Assembly: GCA_046861385.1 (NCBI GenBank)
Contig: JBHHTW010000007.1
Location: 11,775-75,774 of the forward strand
Origin: Fidelibacterota bacterium
Lineage (GTDB): Bacteria; Fidelibacterota; Marinisomatia; Marinisomatales; TCS55
DNA length: 64,000 nucleotides
Direction of reading: 5' to 3'
The notes below the pieces were generated by a model. That model saw nothing but the letters and a program-made list of their open reading frames with translations. It did no database searches and was not told the origin of the DNA. The position numbers and the translations under genes were made by a program. Below are positions 48,441-62,678 of the stretch, piece after piece; position 1 is the stretch's first letter, and the number at the start of each line of letters is the position of its first letter.

Positions 48441-51400
48441 ATGACCGTTTCACGTGAAAACAATTCAGCCTGGGACGTGCTTATTGAAACCGTTTCTTCT
48501 TCTGAATATTTTCGTTATCTTTTCTCTAAGAAGCCTGTTGCTTTAAAATCTCTTCCTGATGGTTTTTTATCATTACTCCTCTCTGCGTATGTAACGAAGA
48601 AGAAGGGCGCTGTTATTGTTATCGCTGATGATCTTGATTCTGAAAATTTTTATTTAACACTGTCTGACTTATTGCCCGATTTAATTCATTATGCCCCGAA
48701 GAAACAAGCTGTGACAGATGCGTCCTCCGTCTTTATTACTGAGGATGAAAAGCAATTTGCAGATGCATATAATTTTCTTGAAACAGGGGGTCGCGGTCTG
48801 CTTGTTGTTGCAAAATCTGCCTTGGGGCGCCAGGTTCGGTCTCCCTTTGAAAAAAACAATATGGAATATCTCCTCGAAACAAACAGCAAATCCAACATCG
48901 CCGCTTTATTGCGATCGTTGTCTGTGTGGGGGTATGAAAAAAAGACGGAAACCGTTACGCCAAAAACATTTTGCGTTCGGGGAGGAATTCTTGATATATA
49001 CCCTTTGTACTCCAAATACCCTGTAAGAATTGAAACGTTCGGAGACCTTGTAGAGTCTGTGCGGTTGTTTAACCCGGTGTCTCAGCTTTCGATAAAAACT
49101 ATTAATGATTTTAAAATTGTTGCTCCATCAGGCTTCTTTTCGAATAATATGGTTTCATTACAGGTTCTTTTTAAGGGCATTGAAGACGTCTTTTATTTAA
49201 AGCGCAGTGAAAAGGTTTTTCGTATATCCAACTCAACTAACGCTGTTGTTAAAGAAATCAAATTCAACGGTTCCTGTGTTGATAAAAACGCTCCGGCTAG
49301 AAAAAGCAAAAAAACATATGTGTTTACATCAAAAAAATCTATTGGAAAAAAATTAAAAATGTCTCTTGGTGGTTTTTTAATTATTGAAAAACCTCTGCCC
49401 TCAGGCTTCTTTTCCAATGATTTAAATCTCGTTGTATATGGATATACCGATCTGAATATTCAGAGGCCTTCGTCAGGGGGCGATTTGTCATTAACGCCAG
49501 AAACAAATGAAAGATTTACTTTGTCTAATATTGAATGGGGAGATCTTGTTGTACATGAAAACTATGGGATCGGGCTATACCGTGGACTGGCGAAAAAAAC
49601 AGACGTCGACAATCAACAGGATTTTATTGCAATCGAATATGCAGATGGGGGAATTGTTAATGTTCCAGTAGATAGATTTGATATTGTACATAAATATATT
49701 TCTGCTCATAAGGATTCTATAAAACTATCGCGCCTTGGCTCAAAACTCTGGTCAAAGCAAAAATCTATCATTCACAAATCGGCAGAATTAATTGTTGACG
49801 ATCTTGTAGCAATATACTCGTCGAAACAAGCTAAAAGATCCTTTTCCTATTCTTCTGATAATGAACTTGTAGAGTTGTTAGCCGGGAGCTTTCCGTTTGA
49901 AGAAACGCCCGATCAACAAAAAGCGATTCATGACGTTCTTGAAGACCTGGACAAAGCTTCTCCAATGGATAGGGTTATTTTTGGTGATGTCGGTTTTGGA
50001 AAAACAGAAGTGGCTCTTCGGGGCGCCATAAAAGCAATTGCCGGCGGTAGACAGGTTTTTTTTCTGGCGCCTACAACCCTTCTTGCAGATCAACATTATA
50101 TAACGTGTGAAAATCGCTTGAGCGAATTGGGCGTAAACGTTGCCTTACTTTCCAGATTTCAAACCAAAAAAGAACAATTAGAAATCATTAATCAGATTGA
50201 AACAAAGAAAGTTGATATTATCGTGGGAACACATCGGTTATTATCGGATGATATTGTAGTTAATAATCTCGGGTTATTAATCATTGACGAAGAACACCGG
50301 TTTGGAGTTAAACATAAAGAACGAATCAGAATCTTAAAACAAGACGTTGATGTTCTTACATTAACGGCAACACCTATCCCTCGTACGCTACAGCAGTCTC
50401 TTTTTGGTGTGCGAAACGTAAGCCGCATAAACACCCCTCCCATGGAACGTTTACCCATAAAAACAATAATAGGGTATTTTAATTGGAAAAAAATAAAAGA
50501 ACAGGTTGGGCGAGAATTGCGTCGCGGCGGCCAAATATATTTTTTACATAATGATATTAATTCTATTCCATTTGTCGTTGATAAATTACGCGATCTTTTT
50601 CCAAACCATTCCTCTGTGGGAGCGCATGGTTCTATACCAAGTAAAAACCTTGAAAAAATCATCCTATCCTTTTTCTATGGTGAAATTGATATTCTTGTGT
50701 GCACGACAATTATAGAATCTGGATTAGACGTTACAAGAGCAAACACAATTATTATTAATAATGCACACCGATTTGGCATTGCTCAGCTTTATCAAATTAG
50801 AGGTCGCGTTGGACGTGGAAACGTTCAGGCTTACTGCTGGCTGCTAATTCCACACAAAACGCTTAAGAAAGAGGCATATGAGCGATTGCGGGCAATCGAA
50901 CATTTTTCTGCACTTGGATCAGGATATCAAATCGCCTTAAAAGATTTAGAGATCCGAGGAGCGGGGAACCTTTTTGGCTATGAACAAAGTGGAAATATAG
51001 GAAAAGTAGGTTTTCACCTATACTGTAAAATATTGAATAAAGCTCTTGATGAAAAATTGAAAGGTTCGGGCTTTAAAAAAGTCACGCGCCCAACGGTCTC
51101 AATTAAAAGAGGCGCTTTTTTTTCGGAGGAATATATCCCTATAGTTCAAGATAGGATTTACTATTACCAGAGGTTGGCGTCTGCAGTAAATACTGATGAG
51201 GTTTTTGCGGTAAAATATGAAGTTTTAGATCGTTATGGTAAAATGAGTGAAGAGGCCGATAATGTGATAAATGCAGCTTATCTTCGGGAACTATTTTTGA
51301 ATTTAGGTGTGGAAAAAATATTATTAGATACTCGCCTGGTGAGATTCGACTTTTCAAATCAACCCGCCGGCGGTGGAATCAATTTTTCAGAACTATATAA

Positions 51401-51545
51401 TGACCTTTTATCACGAAAATGGAATTGCTCGTTTAAGGAACACAATAAAGGCTTCTCGTTGGTCGTCAACACAGATTCTTTGATAAAATCCATATCATTT
51501 GCTAAAGAAATTAACAAGCTGTTGAAAGCTAATTTTTCAGGGTAA
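48441..51545 (+). CDS. mfd: Transcription-repair coupling factor
   Basis: VRGGILDIY, GDLVVH..YGIG, GDVGFGKTEVA, DEEHRFG, TATPIPRTL, DLEIRGAGN. Confidence 0.95.
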   Translation: MTVSRENNSAWDVLIETVSSSEYFRYLFSKKPVALKSLPDGFLSLLLSAYVTKKKGAVIVIADDLDSENFYLTLSDLLPDLIHYAPKKQAVTDASSVFITEDEKQFADAYNFLETGGRGLLVVAKSALGRQVRSPFEKNNMEYLLETNSKSNIAALLRSLSVWGYEKKTETVTPKTFCVRGGILDIYPLYSKYPVRIETFGDLVESVRLFNPVSQLSIKTINDFKIVAPSGFFSNNMVSLQVLFKGIEDVFYLKRSEKVFRISNSTNAVVKEIKFNGSCVDKNAPARKSKKTYVFTSKKSIGKKLKMSLGGFLIIEKPLPSGFFSNDLNLVVYGYTDLNIQRPSSGGDLSLTPETNERFTLSNIEWGDLVVHENYGIGLYRGLAKKTDVDNQQDFIAIEYADGGIVNVPVDRFDIVHKYISAHKDSIKLSRLGSKLWSKQKSIIHKSAELIVDDLVAIYSSKQAKRSFSYSSDNELVELLAGSFPFEETPDQQKAIHDVLEDLDKASPMDRVIFGDVGFGKTEVALRGAIKAIAGGRQVFFLAPTTLLADQHYITCENRLSELGVNVALLSRFQTKKEQLEIINQIETKKVDIIVGTHRLLSDDIVVNNLGLLIIDEEHRFGVKHKERIRILKQDVDVLTLTATPIPRTLQQSLFGVRNVSRINTPPMERLPIKTIIGYFNWKKIKEQVGRELRRGGQIYFLHNDINSIPFVVDKLRDLFPNHSSVGAHGSIPSKNLEKIILSFFYGEIDILVCTTIIESGLDVTRANTIIINNAHRFGIAQLYQIRGRVGRGNVQAYCWLLIPHKTLKKEAYERLRAIEHFSALGSGYQIALKDLEIRGAGNLFGYEQSGNIGKVGFHLYCKILNKALDEKLKGSGFKKVTRPTVSIKRGAFFSEEYIPIVQDRIYYYQRLASAVNTDEVFAVKYEVLDRYGKMSEEADNVINAAYLRELFLNLGVEKILLDTRLVRFDFSNQPAGGGINFSELYNDLLSRKWNCSFKEHNKGFSLVVNTDSLIKSISFAKEINKLLKANFSG
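48446..48461. other. parS-like site
   Basis: CGTTTCACGTGAAAAC within the first codons of mfd. Confidence 0.7.
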
Positions 51546-51555
51546 CTTTTTTATT

Positions 51556-52317
51556 ATGAAAAGGTATATTTTTCTTTTGATGGTGCTTTTTTTTGCTTCT
51601 TGTGATAAAAAAGATTCGGGCAATTCATTGGCTTCTGTTGGAAACGCGCAGCTTGCAGAAGATTTTGTTTTACGCGCTGTTGAGTCTGGCGAAGGTTCTG
51701 TCTCTGATATTGTAAACCAATGGATAGAAGAAGAGATATTATTTCAAAACGCTCTCTCTTCAGGGTTTCTGGTAGATACTCCATTTCTTTCTAATCTTGA
51801 AAAGAAATTGGCGGGTCAGATGTTTTTACAGCGCCTCGCAGGAGAGAAAATTGTTGTTTCTAATGCAGATATCAACGAGTATTATGAAAAAAATAAGTTT
51901 GGCTTCATTCGAAAAAATAAAAGCGCTCGTGTATATCATTTATTATTCCCATCAAAAGAAGAAAGCAAAAAAGCTGTTAATGTCTTGAAATCAAATAAAA
52001 AAGACGAAGAAAAAAATCAACTTATAAATAGACACAAGGCTCAACCCGTCGTTGTAATTGATGGCGGTTTGATCAAGGAATTAAATAATCCTCTTTTTTC
52101 CTCTCGTTATAAAAAAAGAGTAATTGGACCGATAAAAAGTGCCCACGGTTACCACGTCTTATTTGTTTTGGAACGGTTTAAAGAAAATTCTTTTATACCG
52201 TTGGAAGAACTTTACGATGAAATATATCAACGTATCTATCAACAAAAATTTGCCTTAAAATCCCTGCGCATTTTAGACAGTTTAAGAAACCATACACCCT
52301 ACGAAATAAATTTATGA
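51556..52317 (+). CDS. PpiC-type PPIase lipoprotein
   Basis: Lipobox FASC; GPIKSAHGYHVL. Confidence 0.75.
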   Translation: MKRYIFLLMVLFFASCDKKDSGNSLASVGNAQLAEDFVLRAVESGEGSVSDIVNQWIEEEILFQNALSSGFLVDTPFLSNLEKKLAGQMFLQRLAGEKIVVSNADINEYYEKNKFGFIRKNKSARVYHLLFPSKEESKKAVNVLKSNKKDEEKNQLINRHKAQPVVVIDGGLIKELNNPLFSSRYKKRVIGPIKSAHGYHVLFVLERFKENSFIPLEELYDEIYQRIYQQKFALKSLRILDSLRNHTPYEINL

Positions 52318-53615
52318 AAAATCAGATGAAAATATTTTTTCCAATTATTCCATTATTGCTGACCGTTTTCTTGTTTGCAGAAAAAACTGAAAAAGAAGTG
52401 TTTGTCGATGGTGTTGCCGCAATTGTTGGCGATCACGTAATCTTAAAAAGCGACGTCGCTCAACTTGTAAATATGTCTGCTGTTCAGCAAAGACTTAATC
52501 CCGCGACTGATATGGATAAACTTTTACAACTGCAAAAAGAGGTTGTACAGTCGGTTGTTGATCAAAAAATAATGCTGGAAATGGCCGCGTTGGATTCTAT
52601 TGAAGTTGATGATAAAGAAGTGGACAGGGCGTTGGATCAGCAAATAGAGATGTTTATTCAACAGGCTGGAAACGAAGACAAGGCAGAAGAAATGCTGGGA
52701 CAGTCTTTAAAGTCTTTTCGTAGAGAGTTTTGGTTAGAAATGAGAGACCGGCTCGTCACAGAGCGCTATCAGCAAACCTTAATTAATAATATTACTATCA
52801 GCCGTCAAGATGTAGAAAAATTTTTTAACACCTTTAAAGACAGCATCCCTCTTTTTCCCCTTACGGTTAAACTTCGTCATCTTTTGCTTCAAATAAAACC
52901 CGGCGAAACCAGCATTTTAAATACAAAAGAAAATCTCAATAAGATTAGGGAACGCATACTAAACGGTGAATCTTTTTCTAAACTAGCATCGCTTTACTCT
53001 CAAGATCCAGGTTCAAAAAAGAACGGTGGTTCTTTGGGTTTTGTCAAGCGCGGTTCTCTCGTTGCAGAATTTGAATCGATCGCTTTTTCTCAAGACGTGG
53101 GCGTTGTGAGTGAAATTGTAGAAACACAGTTCGGTTTTCATATAATAAAAACAGATGAAAAAAGGGGAGATAAAGTTCGTGTTAGCCATATCTTGCTCAT
53201 TCCAGAGATAACAGAAGAAGATGACTCTAAAACATATAAATTTGCATTATCTTTAAAAGATTCAGCAACGACACTCGAAGAATTCAAGCGCCTTGTCGGC
53301 GTTTATTCAGCCGACGAACAAACAAAGGACATCGGCGGGGATTTGGGATGGATTAATCCTCAAAACGCCCCTATTCCGGAAATAGCACAGGTAATTAGCT
53401 TATTGGAAGTGAAAGAGTGCAGTTTGCCCGTGAGAACAGATCAGGGTTACCACTTATTTTGGGTGACATCGTTCAAACCCGGCGGTGCGCCAGACTTAAA
53501 AGTTCATTGGACAGATATTGAATTAATGGCTCTAAACATGAAAAAATCTGAGTGGTATAATTCGTGGATAACTGATGCGAGAGAAAAATTCTATATTCAT
53601 ATAAATGAGTGGTAG
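52314..53615 (+). CDS. surA: SurA-like chaperone/PPIase
   Basis: VDGVAAIVGDHVILKSD N-domain; two parvulin domains (SQDPGS..GGSLG, ETQFGFHII). Confidence 0.85.
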   Translation: MKNQMKIFFPIIPLLLTVFLFAEKTEKEVFVDGVAAIVGDHVILKSDVAQLVNMSAVQQRLNPATDMDKLLQLQKEVVQSVVDQKIMLEMAALDSIEVDDKEVDRALDQQIEMFIQQAGNEDKAEEMLGQSLKSFRREFWLEMRDRLVTERYQQTLINNITISRQDVEKFFNTFKDSIPLFPLTVKLRHLLLQIKPGETSILNTKENLNKIRERILNGESFSKLASLYSQDPGSKKNGGSLGFVKRGSLVAEFESIAFSQDVGVVSEIVETQFGFHIIKTDEKRGDKVRVSHILLIPEITEEDDSKTYKFALSLKDSATTLEEFKRLVGVYSADEQTKDIGGDLGWINPQNAPIPEIAQVISLLEVKECSLPVRTDQGYHLFWVTSFKPGGAPDLKVHWTDIELMALNMKKSEWYNSWITDAREKFYIHINEW

Positions 53616-53976
53616 TTATCCACAGCTGTTATGAACAGGTTATCAACAGTTATTGTTTCATTATTGTAAAATTACCTAAAAAAGCTGTATTGTCTAATAT
53701 TCGCCATTTTTCCACAATTCAATATTACTTATCCACATCAACCGTTACTTTAAATTAATTATTGTAATATGGTTGAAAGTAGAAGCTTATTATTCACAGA
53801 CTTAATTTTATCCACTGTTTCCACAGATTTATATATAATTATATTTTTTAAACTATATAATATAATATAATTATTAAGAATCAAATTTCTTGTGTTAAAA
53901 AACCATTTACGGTAACATTACCAGCTTTTTACTATCTAATAATTTTAAATAAAATCAACTTAAAATGGAAAATTAA
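53616..53976. other. Chromosomal replication origin oriC
   Basis: Perfect TTATCCACA at 53616 and 53729. Variants at 53629, 53640, 53708, 53790, 53808, 53817. Followed by a very AT-rich tract (~53828-53880), directly upstream of dnaN. Plus strand looks T/C-rich left of here and A/G-rich right of here (by eye). Confidence 0.9.
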
Positions 53977-55092
53977 ATGAGGATTTCAATATCATCTGAA
54001 GAACTTTATAAATCATTACAAAAATTATCAAAAGCTACACCGGCAAGGTCAACCCTTCCGATTTTGAATTGTGTATTGATTGAAGTTGAAAACGATCGAG
54101 TATCAATGAGAACGACAGATCTTGAAATAACGATTGTTTGTACTATGAGCGCAAGCGTGGAAGAGCCCGGCTCTGCTGCTATTCCGCTGCAAACACTCAT
54201 AGAGATCACCAATGCGCTTACAGACTCCCGGTTGACCATTCACGCCGATGAAAGTCAAAAAATAGAATTAATTACCAATAATGGGACATATGACCTCATG
54301 GGTAAACCTGTGGAAGAATTTCCAGTGACACCCGAAGTGGATAATCGTAAGGCGACAGGAATTAACGCAACAGTGTTAAAAGATATAATAAACCTTACTA
54401 GCTTTGCCGTGAGCAAGGACGAATTAAAACCAGCGCTTACAGGAGTTCTTTTTCGTTTTGAAGAGAACAGACTATTGTCTGTTGCTACAGATGGACACCG
54501 ATTAGTCAGATACGTAAGAAACGACTTCAAAAGCGAGGAATTTTCAGGAGACGTTATTGTTCCTAGAAAATTTCTTAACCTAATAAACGGATTGATGGGC
54601 ACAGAAGAAAAGATTCAGATATGGATGGGAGACAATAACCTTACAGCAACAGTCGGAGGAGACTCTCTTTTTACAAGAATTATAGATGAACGATTCCCAG
54701 ATTTTGAAAGCGTAATTCCGAAAGACAACGATAAAGAACTCCTGATAGAAAGAGAAGCCCTTCTGTCTACAGTTCGAAGGGTATCTATTTTCTCTAACAG
54801 ATCAACGCATCAAATAGCGCTGGAATTATCCAGCGACTCAGCAAAAGTGAGAACGGAGGATCCCGAAAAAGCGTCAAAAGCAGTTGAAGAACTTCCTGCA
54901 AAATTAACAGGTGAACCAATCACCGTGGGATATAATGCCTCCTATTTAAAAGATGTATTGATGCATTTGAAATCTCAAAACGTAAGTTTTCATTTGAAAA
55001 CACCCATTAGTGCCGGTCTCGTTTATCCCGAAGTTCAAGATGTAAACAGTGAAATAACCATGCTGTTAATGCCCATACGGTTAAACGATTAA
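53977..55092 (+). CDS. dnaN: DNA polymerase III beta clamp
   Basis: TLPIL, TDLEI, VATDGHRL, LLMPIRL. Confidence 0.98.
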   Translation: MRISISSEELYKSLQKLSKATPARSTLPILNCVLIEVENDRVSMRTTDLEITIVCTMSASVEEPGSAAIPLQTLIEITNALTDSRLTIHADESQKIELITNNGTYDLMGKPVEEFPVTPEVDNRKATGINATVLKDIINLTSFAVSKDELKPALTGVLFRFEENRLLSVATDGHRLVRYVRNDFKSEEFSGDVIVPRKFLNLINGLMGTEEKIQIWMGDNNLTATVGGDSLFTRIIDERFPDFESVIPKDNDKELLIEREALLSTVRRVSIFSNRSTHQIALELSSDSAKVRTEDPEKASKAVEELPAKLTGEPITVGYNASYLKDVLMHLKSQNVSFHLKTPISAGLVYPEVQDVNSEITMLLMPIRLND

Positions 55093-55141
55093 TTGACAGA
55101 TAAAGAAGAACGAAACAAACCCGACCCCAGACAACGCTTTA

Positions 55142-56223
55142 ATGAACAGCGTTGATACTATTGAAATTCAAAACTTTAGAAACCACAAACATCTTCATAT
55201 AAAATTTAAAAAAGGGATAAATGTGATTTGGGGAGAAAACGGTTCGGGGAAAACAGCAATCCTCGAAGCAATTTATACGCTATCTATGGGCAGAAGCTTT
55301 AGAACCAGACTACATAAAGAAACGTTAAAGGAAGGGAGCGACAGTCTTTCGATTGAAGGAACGTTCACAAATAAAAAACAACAGCACAAGATTGTATTAA
55401 ATCAACTTTTAAACGGTCAAAGAAAATTTTTAATTGATCGTTATCAGCATATAAGCGTGAAGGAGTTGGTTGGTAAAAATCCAATCGTTATTTTATCCCC
55501 GGAAGAGCAGGTAATCACAAAAGGATATCCGGCTGACCGTCGTAGTTATTTTGATAAAATATTGTCAATCGTTTCTATGGAATATTTAAATACATTACTG
55601 GGATATCAAAGAATTCTAAAGCAAAGAAACGCAGCGATTCGAACTTTAAAGCAAGGAAGAACAAATAAAGACACTGTTCTCGCCTGGAACGAACCATTAA
55701 TCCGCACAGGAAAAAAACTCTGGAAGAATCGTATAGAATTAATGGAAGTTTTTATAGATGAAGTCAAAAAAGCAGCAAAGAAATACGACGCGACCAGTGT
55801 AGAATTATTACTTCACTATCATCCGGAAGGAAAGAGAGAGAACTTTAAGAATCGTCTTGAAAATTCACTAAATTCAGACCTTAATAAAGGCTGGACAACC
55901 ACCGGTCCGCATAGGGATAATTACACTTTTCTGCTTAATTCACGCCCCCTGCGCGAATTTGGCTCTCAGGGAGAGCATAAAATTGCCCTTGTATTAATTA
56001 AAATGGCAGAAATTAGTATGATAAATAAGATAATGGGGAGCAACCCCGTTTTGATGTTAGATGATCTTTTCGCAAAGCTTGATTTTAAAAGAGCTGACAA
56101 GGTATTATCCCTTTTGAGCGGTCGCGGACAAACGATTATTACCACTACCGATATTGTTGATTTTGAAAAACACGGACTTGACCTGAAATCTCCAGACAAT
56201 TCAACGTATTATTTAGAAAGACA

Positions 56224-56236
<13 letters not shown>
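55142..56236 (+). CDS. recF: DNA replication/repair protein RecF
   Basis: GENGSGKT, GPHRD, GSQGE, LMLDD. Confidence 0.95.
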
Positions 56237-58475
<2,239 letters not shown>

Positions 58476-58493
58476 ATTTAGCGAAAGAGAAAT

Positions 58494-61001
58494 ATGGATT
58501 TATTAAGAGACAATATTTTAAATAGAGACATTGTTGATGAAATGCGAGAAAGCTATCTCAATTACTCAATGTCTGTTATTGTATCTCGGGCGCTGCCCGA
58601 CGTTAGAGACGGACTTAAACCTGTCCATAGAAGAATTCTATATGGTATGAGCGAATTGGGGGTTAGTTGGAACAGATCATATAAAAAATCAGCCAGAATA
58701 GTTGGAGATGTTCTTGGTAAATATCATCCTCACGGAGACTCCTCTGTATATGATGCATTAGTAAGAATGGCACAAGATTTTGCCATGCGCTACGAACTAG
58801 TTGACGGTCAGGGAAATTTTGGATCTGTTGATGGAGACAGAGCCGCGGCTATGAGATATACTGAGGCGAAGATGACAAGGATCGGCAGCGAAACCATGAC
58901 AGATCTTGATAAAGACACGGTTGACTGGCAGCTGAATTTTGACGAATCTTTAAAGGAACCGACAGTTTTACCAAGTACGCTACCAACCCTTCTCATAAAC
59001 GGGTCAGAGGGAATCGCTGTTGGAATGGCGACGAAAATACCGCCCCACAACTTAACAGAAATAATAAATGCGCTCATTGCAACAATAGAAACACCAGAGA
59101 TAGAAACAGAAGAGTTGTTAACAATTGTTTCTGGCCCGGATTTTCCCACTGGAGCAATGATTATGGGTAAAGAGGGAATAATTAATGCCTATAAAACGGG
59201 CAGAGGAAAAGTTATCGTTAGAGCTCGGGCAATTATTGAGAGCGACAACAAAGGTATGTCGAGTATTATTATTAATGAACTTCCCTATCAGGTCAATAAG
59301 GCAAATCTTATAGAAAAAATTGCCGACTTAGTTAGAAACAAAAAAATTGAAGGCATTAGAGACATAAGAGACGAATCCGATAAAGACGGTATACGGGTCG
59401 TCATCGAAACAAAAAGGGACGCTATCCCAGAAATAGTTCTAAACCAGCTCTTTAAATACACTCAGTTGCAAGATACGTTTGGTATTATTTTATTAGCCCT
59501 TGTAAAGGGAATTCCAAAACTCCTCACGTTGAAAGAAATCTTAAAGCATTTTATTGATTTTCGACATGAAATAGTGGTTAGAAGAACAACTTTCGAGCTT
59601 AAGGACGCTGAAGCAAAAGCACACATACTAGAAGGGTTGAAGATTGCGCTTGATAACATAGACGAAGTAATAGAATTAATTAAAATAAGCAAGGACCCAG
59701 CATCAGCAAAAGAAGGGCTGATGAATCAATTCGACCTTTCTGAAAAACAGGCTCAGGCAATTTTAGATATGCGCCTACAAAGATTGACAGGGCTTGAGGT
59801 AGAAAAAGTGGTGGCAGAATACAAAGAAATAATAAAAATAATCGCAAAACTGAGGGGGATTTTAGAAAGCCGTTCACAACGAATGAATATTATTAAACTC
59901 GAACTTGAAACGGTAAGAGAACGCTATGGCGATGAGCGTAGAACAGAAATTATGCCTTATGGTGCAGATGTCTCTTTAGAAGATATGATAGCTGAAGAAG
60001 AAATGGTTATTACGATTACTCATAGTGGATACATAAAACGAACACCTATTACTACATATAAAACTCAACGACGCGGAGGCAGGGGAATACAAGGAGCCCT
60101 TTCCAAAGATACGGATTTTGTTGAGCACCTTTTTATAGCAAATACTCACAGCTATCTTCTGTTCTTCACGGATAAGGGAAAGTGTTATTGGCTGAAAGCT
60201 TATGATATACCGCAAGGCGGTAGAGCAACCCTGGGGCGAGCAGTTGTTAACTTGATCGGTTGTGAACCAGGTGAAATTGTAGAAGCTTTTGTGAGCGTGA
60301 AAGAATTTGATGATCAGCATTTTATTGTTATGGCGACACAAAATGGAATAATTAAAAAAACATCTCTATCAGCATATAGCAGACCAAGAAAAGGCGGAAT
60401 ATATGCTATAGAAATTCGTGAGGGAGATAAACTAATCGAAGCAAAAATCACCGATGGAGAAAACGATATTCTTTTAGGAACTAAAGAAGGAAAATCCATC
60501 CGTTTTTCAGAAAAAAACGTTAGACCAACAGGTCGAAAAACAATGGGAGTTAAAGGAATAACCCTAAGTTCAAAATCGGATAAAGTTATTGGAATGCTGG
60601 TGGTAAAAAGGGAAGGCACTATTTTAGTTGCGACAGAAAAAGGACAAGGCAAGAGAACCGAAATAATACAATATCGAACCCAAACGCGTGGCGGTAAAGG
60701 CGTTATGACTATGCGTGTTAATCAAAAAACCGGTAAAATGTCAGCCATCATGGAAGTGGTGGATAATGATGATCTTGTTATTATTACCGATAAAGGAGTC
60801 CTGATGCGCCAGCCTGTTTCTGCAATTAGAACAATTGGCAGAGTAACGCAAGGAGTCAAGCTGGTTAAACTCGATGAAGGATCAAAAATATCATCCATCA
60901 CCAGAGTTATTCACGACGATGAAAACGTTGAAACGAAAGGTATCAAACAAGCAGAGGAATTAAAAGGGGGAGAAAAAGCTTCAACAAATGACGAATCTTA
61001 A
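58494..61001 (+). CDS. gyrA: DNA gyrase subunit A
   Basis: [16 protein letters not shown], GyrA box QRRGGRG. Confidence 0.98.
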   Translation: MDLLRDNILNRDIVDEMRESYLNYSMSVIVSRALPDVRDGLKPVHRRILYGMSELGVSWNRSYKKSARIVGDVLGKYHPHGDSSVYDALVRMAQDFAMRYELVDGQGNFGSVDGDRAAAMRYTEAKMTRIGSETMTDLDKDTVDWQLNFDESLKEPTVLPSTLPTLLINGSEGIAVGMATKIPPHNLTEIINALIATIETPEIETEELLTIVSGPDFPTGAMIMGKEGIINAYKTGRGKVIVRARAIIESDNKGMSSIIINELPYQVNKANLIEKIADLVRNKKIEGIRDIRDESDKDGIRVVIETKRDAIPEIVLNQLFKYTQLQDTFGIILLALVKGIPKLLTLKEILKHFIDFRHEIVVRRTTFELKDAEAKAHILEGLKIALDNIDEVIELIKISKDPASAKEGLMNQFDLSEKQAQAILDMRLQRLTGLEVEKVVAEYKEIIKIIAKLRGILESRSQRMNIIKLELETVRERYGDERRTEIMPYGADVSLEDMIAEEEMVITITHSGYIKRTPITTYKTQRRGGRGIQGALSKDTDFVEHLFIANTHSYLLFFTDKGKCYWLKAYDIPQGGRATLGRAVVNLIGCEPGEIVEAFVSVKEFDDQHFIVMATQNGIIKKTSLSAYSRPRKGGIYAIEIREGDKLIEAKITDGENDILLGTKEGKSIRFSEKNVRPTGRKTMGVKGITLSSKSDKVIGMLVVKREGTILVATEKGQGKRTEIIQYRTQTRGGKGVMTMRVNQKTGKMSAIMEVVDNDDLVIITDKGVLMRQPVSAIRTIGRVTQGVKLVKLDEGSKISSITRVIHDDENVETKGIKQAEELKGGEKASTNDES

Positions 61002-61692
61002 AAACAGGGTTCATTCAAACCTTGGTGAGATTCAGGAAAAAATCTCTTCTGCAAAAGCTCGGTCGGGAAATAATCAGCATATTACACTGGTTGCTGTTAC
61101 CAAAACACACTCAATAAAGGTTGTTGAAACAGCTATTTCACTTGGTCTAAAAAACATAGGTGAAAACAGAGTCCAGGAAGCCGACGAAAAATTTTCTAAT
61201 GTTGTTTTTAATCAGGGTGTCGTTAAAAGAATGATTGGTCATTTACAAACCAACAAAGCGAAGAAAGCCGTTCAAATTTTTGATACCATAGACGGAGTTG
61301 ATTCTTTAAAGCTGGCGAAAAAAATTAATACACTCACCAAAGATTTAGTGGAAAAATTTGAAATATTGTTGGAAATAAATACGAGTAGTGAAGAACAAAA
61401 ATTCGGCTTTAAACCCATCTGTTCTGATGAGCTTTTAGAGTGTATAGAGCTAGAAGGCTTATTAGTAAAAGGCCTGATGACCATTGGGCCGCTGACTAAT
61501 GAAAAAAATCTAATCAGAGGTGCTTTTACAAAACTTCGAGATTTAAAAGATGAGATAAATAACCAGGTTTCACCCTCAAAAAAATTGAGCGTTTTGTCAA
61601 TGGGTATGACGGGAGATTATGAAATTGCCATCGAAGAGGGAAGCAATATGATACGGATTGGCACGGCACTTTTTGGGAGAAGGAGATTCTAA
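60988..61692 (+). CDS. yggS: YggS/PLP homeostasis protein
   Basis: [39 protein letters not shown]. Confidence 0.95.
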   Translation: MTNLKNRVHSNLGEIQEKISSAKARSGNNQHITLVAVTKTHSIKVVETAISLGLKNIGENRVQEADEKFSNVVFNQGVVKRMIGHLQTNKAKKAVQIFDTIDGVDSLKLAKKINTLTKDLVEKFEILLEINTSSEEQKFGFKPICSDELLECIELEGLLVKGLMTIGPLTNEKNLIRGAFTKLRDLKDEINNQVSPSKKLSVLSMGMTGDYEIAIEEGSNMIRIGTALFGRRRF

Positions 61693-62600
61693 TAGAATTT
61701 ATTTAGTTTCTTTGAAATTTCTGATCCAAGTTTAATATTATTCAGCGCAAGCGCTTTGTTGGCCTTGAGGCTTCTCCCCCGGGTTTTGTCAACTATTTCT
61801 TTTAATAGAAAAGGTGTTAATTTTGATCCTTTAACGCCCTTTTGCTTAGCCAATTGGCAGGCATTTTCTATAATAAAATCAATTTTTTTTATTGGTATTT
61901 CATCTCCCACAGGAACAGGATTAGCAACCAGAAGCGCAGAAGAAAGTCCAAGCTGTCTGTGATGAATAAAAACAAAAGCAATTTCATCCGGTGTGTTTAT
62001 CGTGGCAGATAGTTTTAGGCCGGACGCTCTGGAATAAAAAGAAGGAAACTCATCTGTTTTGTATCCCAACACCGGGATAGAATATGTCTCAAGCATTTCC
62101 AATGTTTTGGGTAAATCAAGAATCGCCTTTGCACCAGCCGAAACCACGATAATTGGAGTATTGCTCAACGCAATGATATCCTGTGAAACGTCAAATGTCC
62201 AATGGGCATTTCGATGCACCCCACCGATGCCGCCGGTCGCAAAGACGTCGATTCCTATCATATTCGCCAAGTGCGCAGTGGCCGAAACGGTTGTAGCGCC
62301 AGTAAACTTTTGTGATACCACCCACCCTATATCGCGAAGAGACGTTTTAACTACACTATTATTAGAACAAATAAAAAGTAAGTCCTTTTCTTCTAATCCA
62401 ATATGAATGTCTCCATTTATAATAGCAATGGTTGCAGGAACAACGCCATTTTCTATAATAAGATTTTCAGCTTTACTTGCAAACTCCATATTATCAGGAT
62501 ACGGCATGCCATGGGCCAAGATGGTTGACTCCATCGCCAGGACGGGTCTCTTTTCCTTTAGAGCTGTTTTGACCTTTTTGCTAATGATAAAGTTTTTCAT
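61689..62600 (-). CDS. psuG: Pseudouridine-5'-phosphate glycosidase
   Basis: MESTILAHGMPYP, GATTVSAT, ATGGIGGVHR, GAKAILDL, TPFLL. Confidence 0.93.
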   Translation of the reverse strand: MKNFIISKKVKTALKEKRPVLAMESTILAHGMPYPDNMEFASKAENLIIENGVVPATIAIINGDIHIGLEEKDLLFICSNNSVVKTSLRDIGWVVSQKFTGATTVSATAHLANMIGIDVFATGGIGGVHRNAHWTFDVSQDIIALSNTPIIVVSAGAKAILDLPKTLEMLETYSIPVLGYKTDEFPSFYSRASGLKLSATINTPDEIAFVFIHHRQLGLSSALLVANPVPVGDEIPIKKIDFIIENACQLAKQKGVKGSKLTPFLLKEIVDKTRGRSLKANKALALNNIKLGSEISKKLNKFY

Positions 62601-62678
62601 AACCGCTTGGAAAGTTATCAGAAGATTATCAATAAACGGCATTAATTTTGCGACCTTGATTTACAAGAGAAACGCAAT

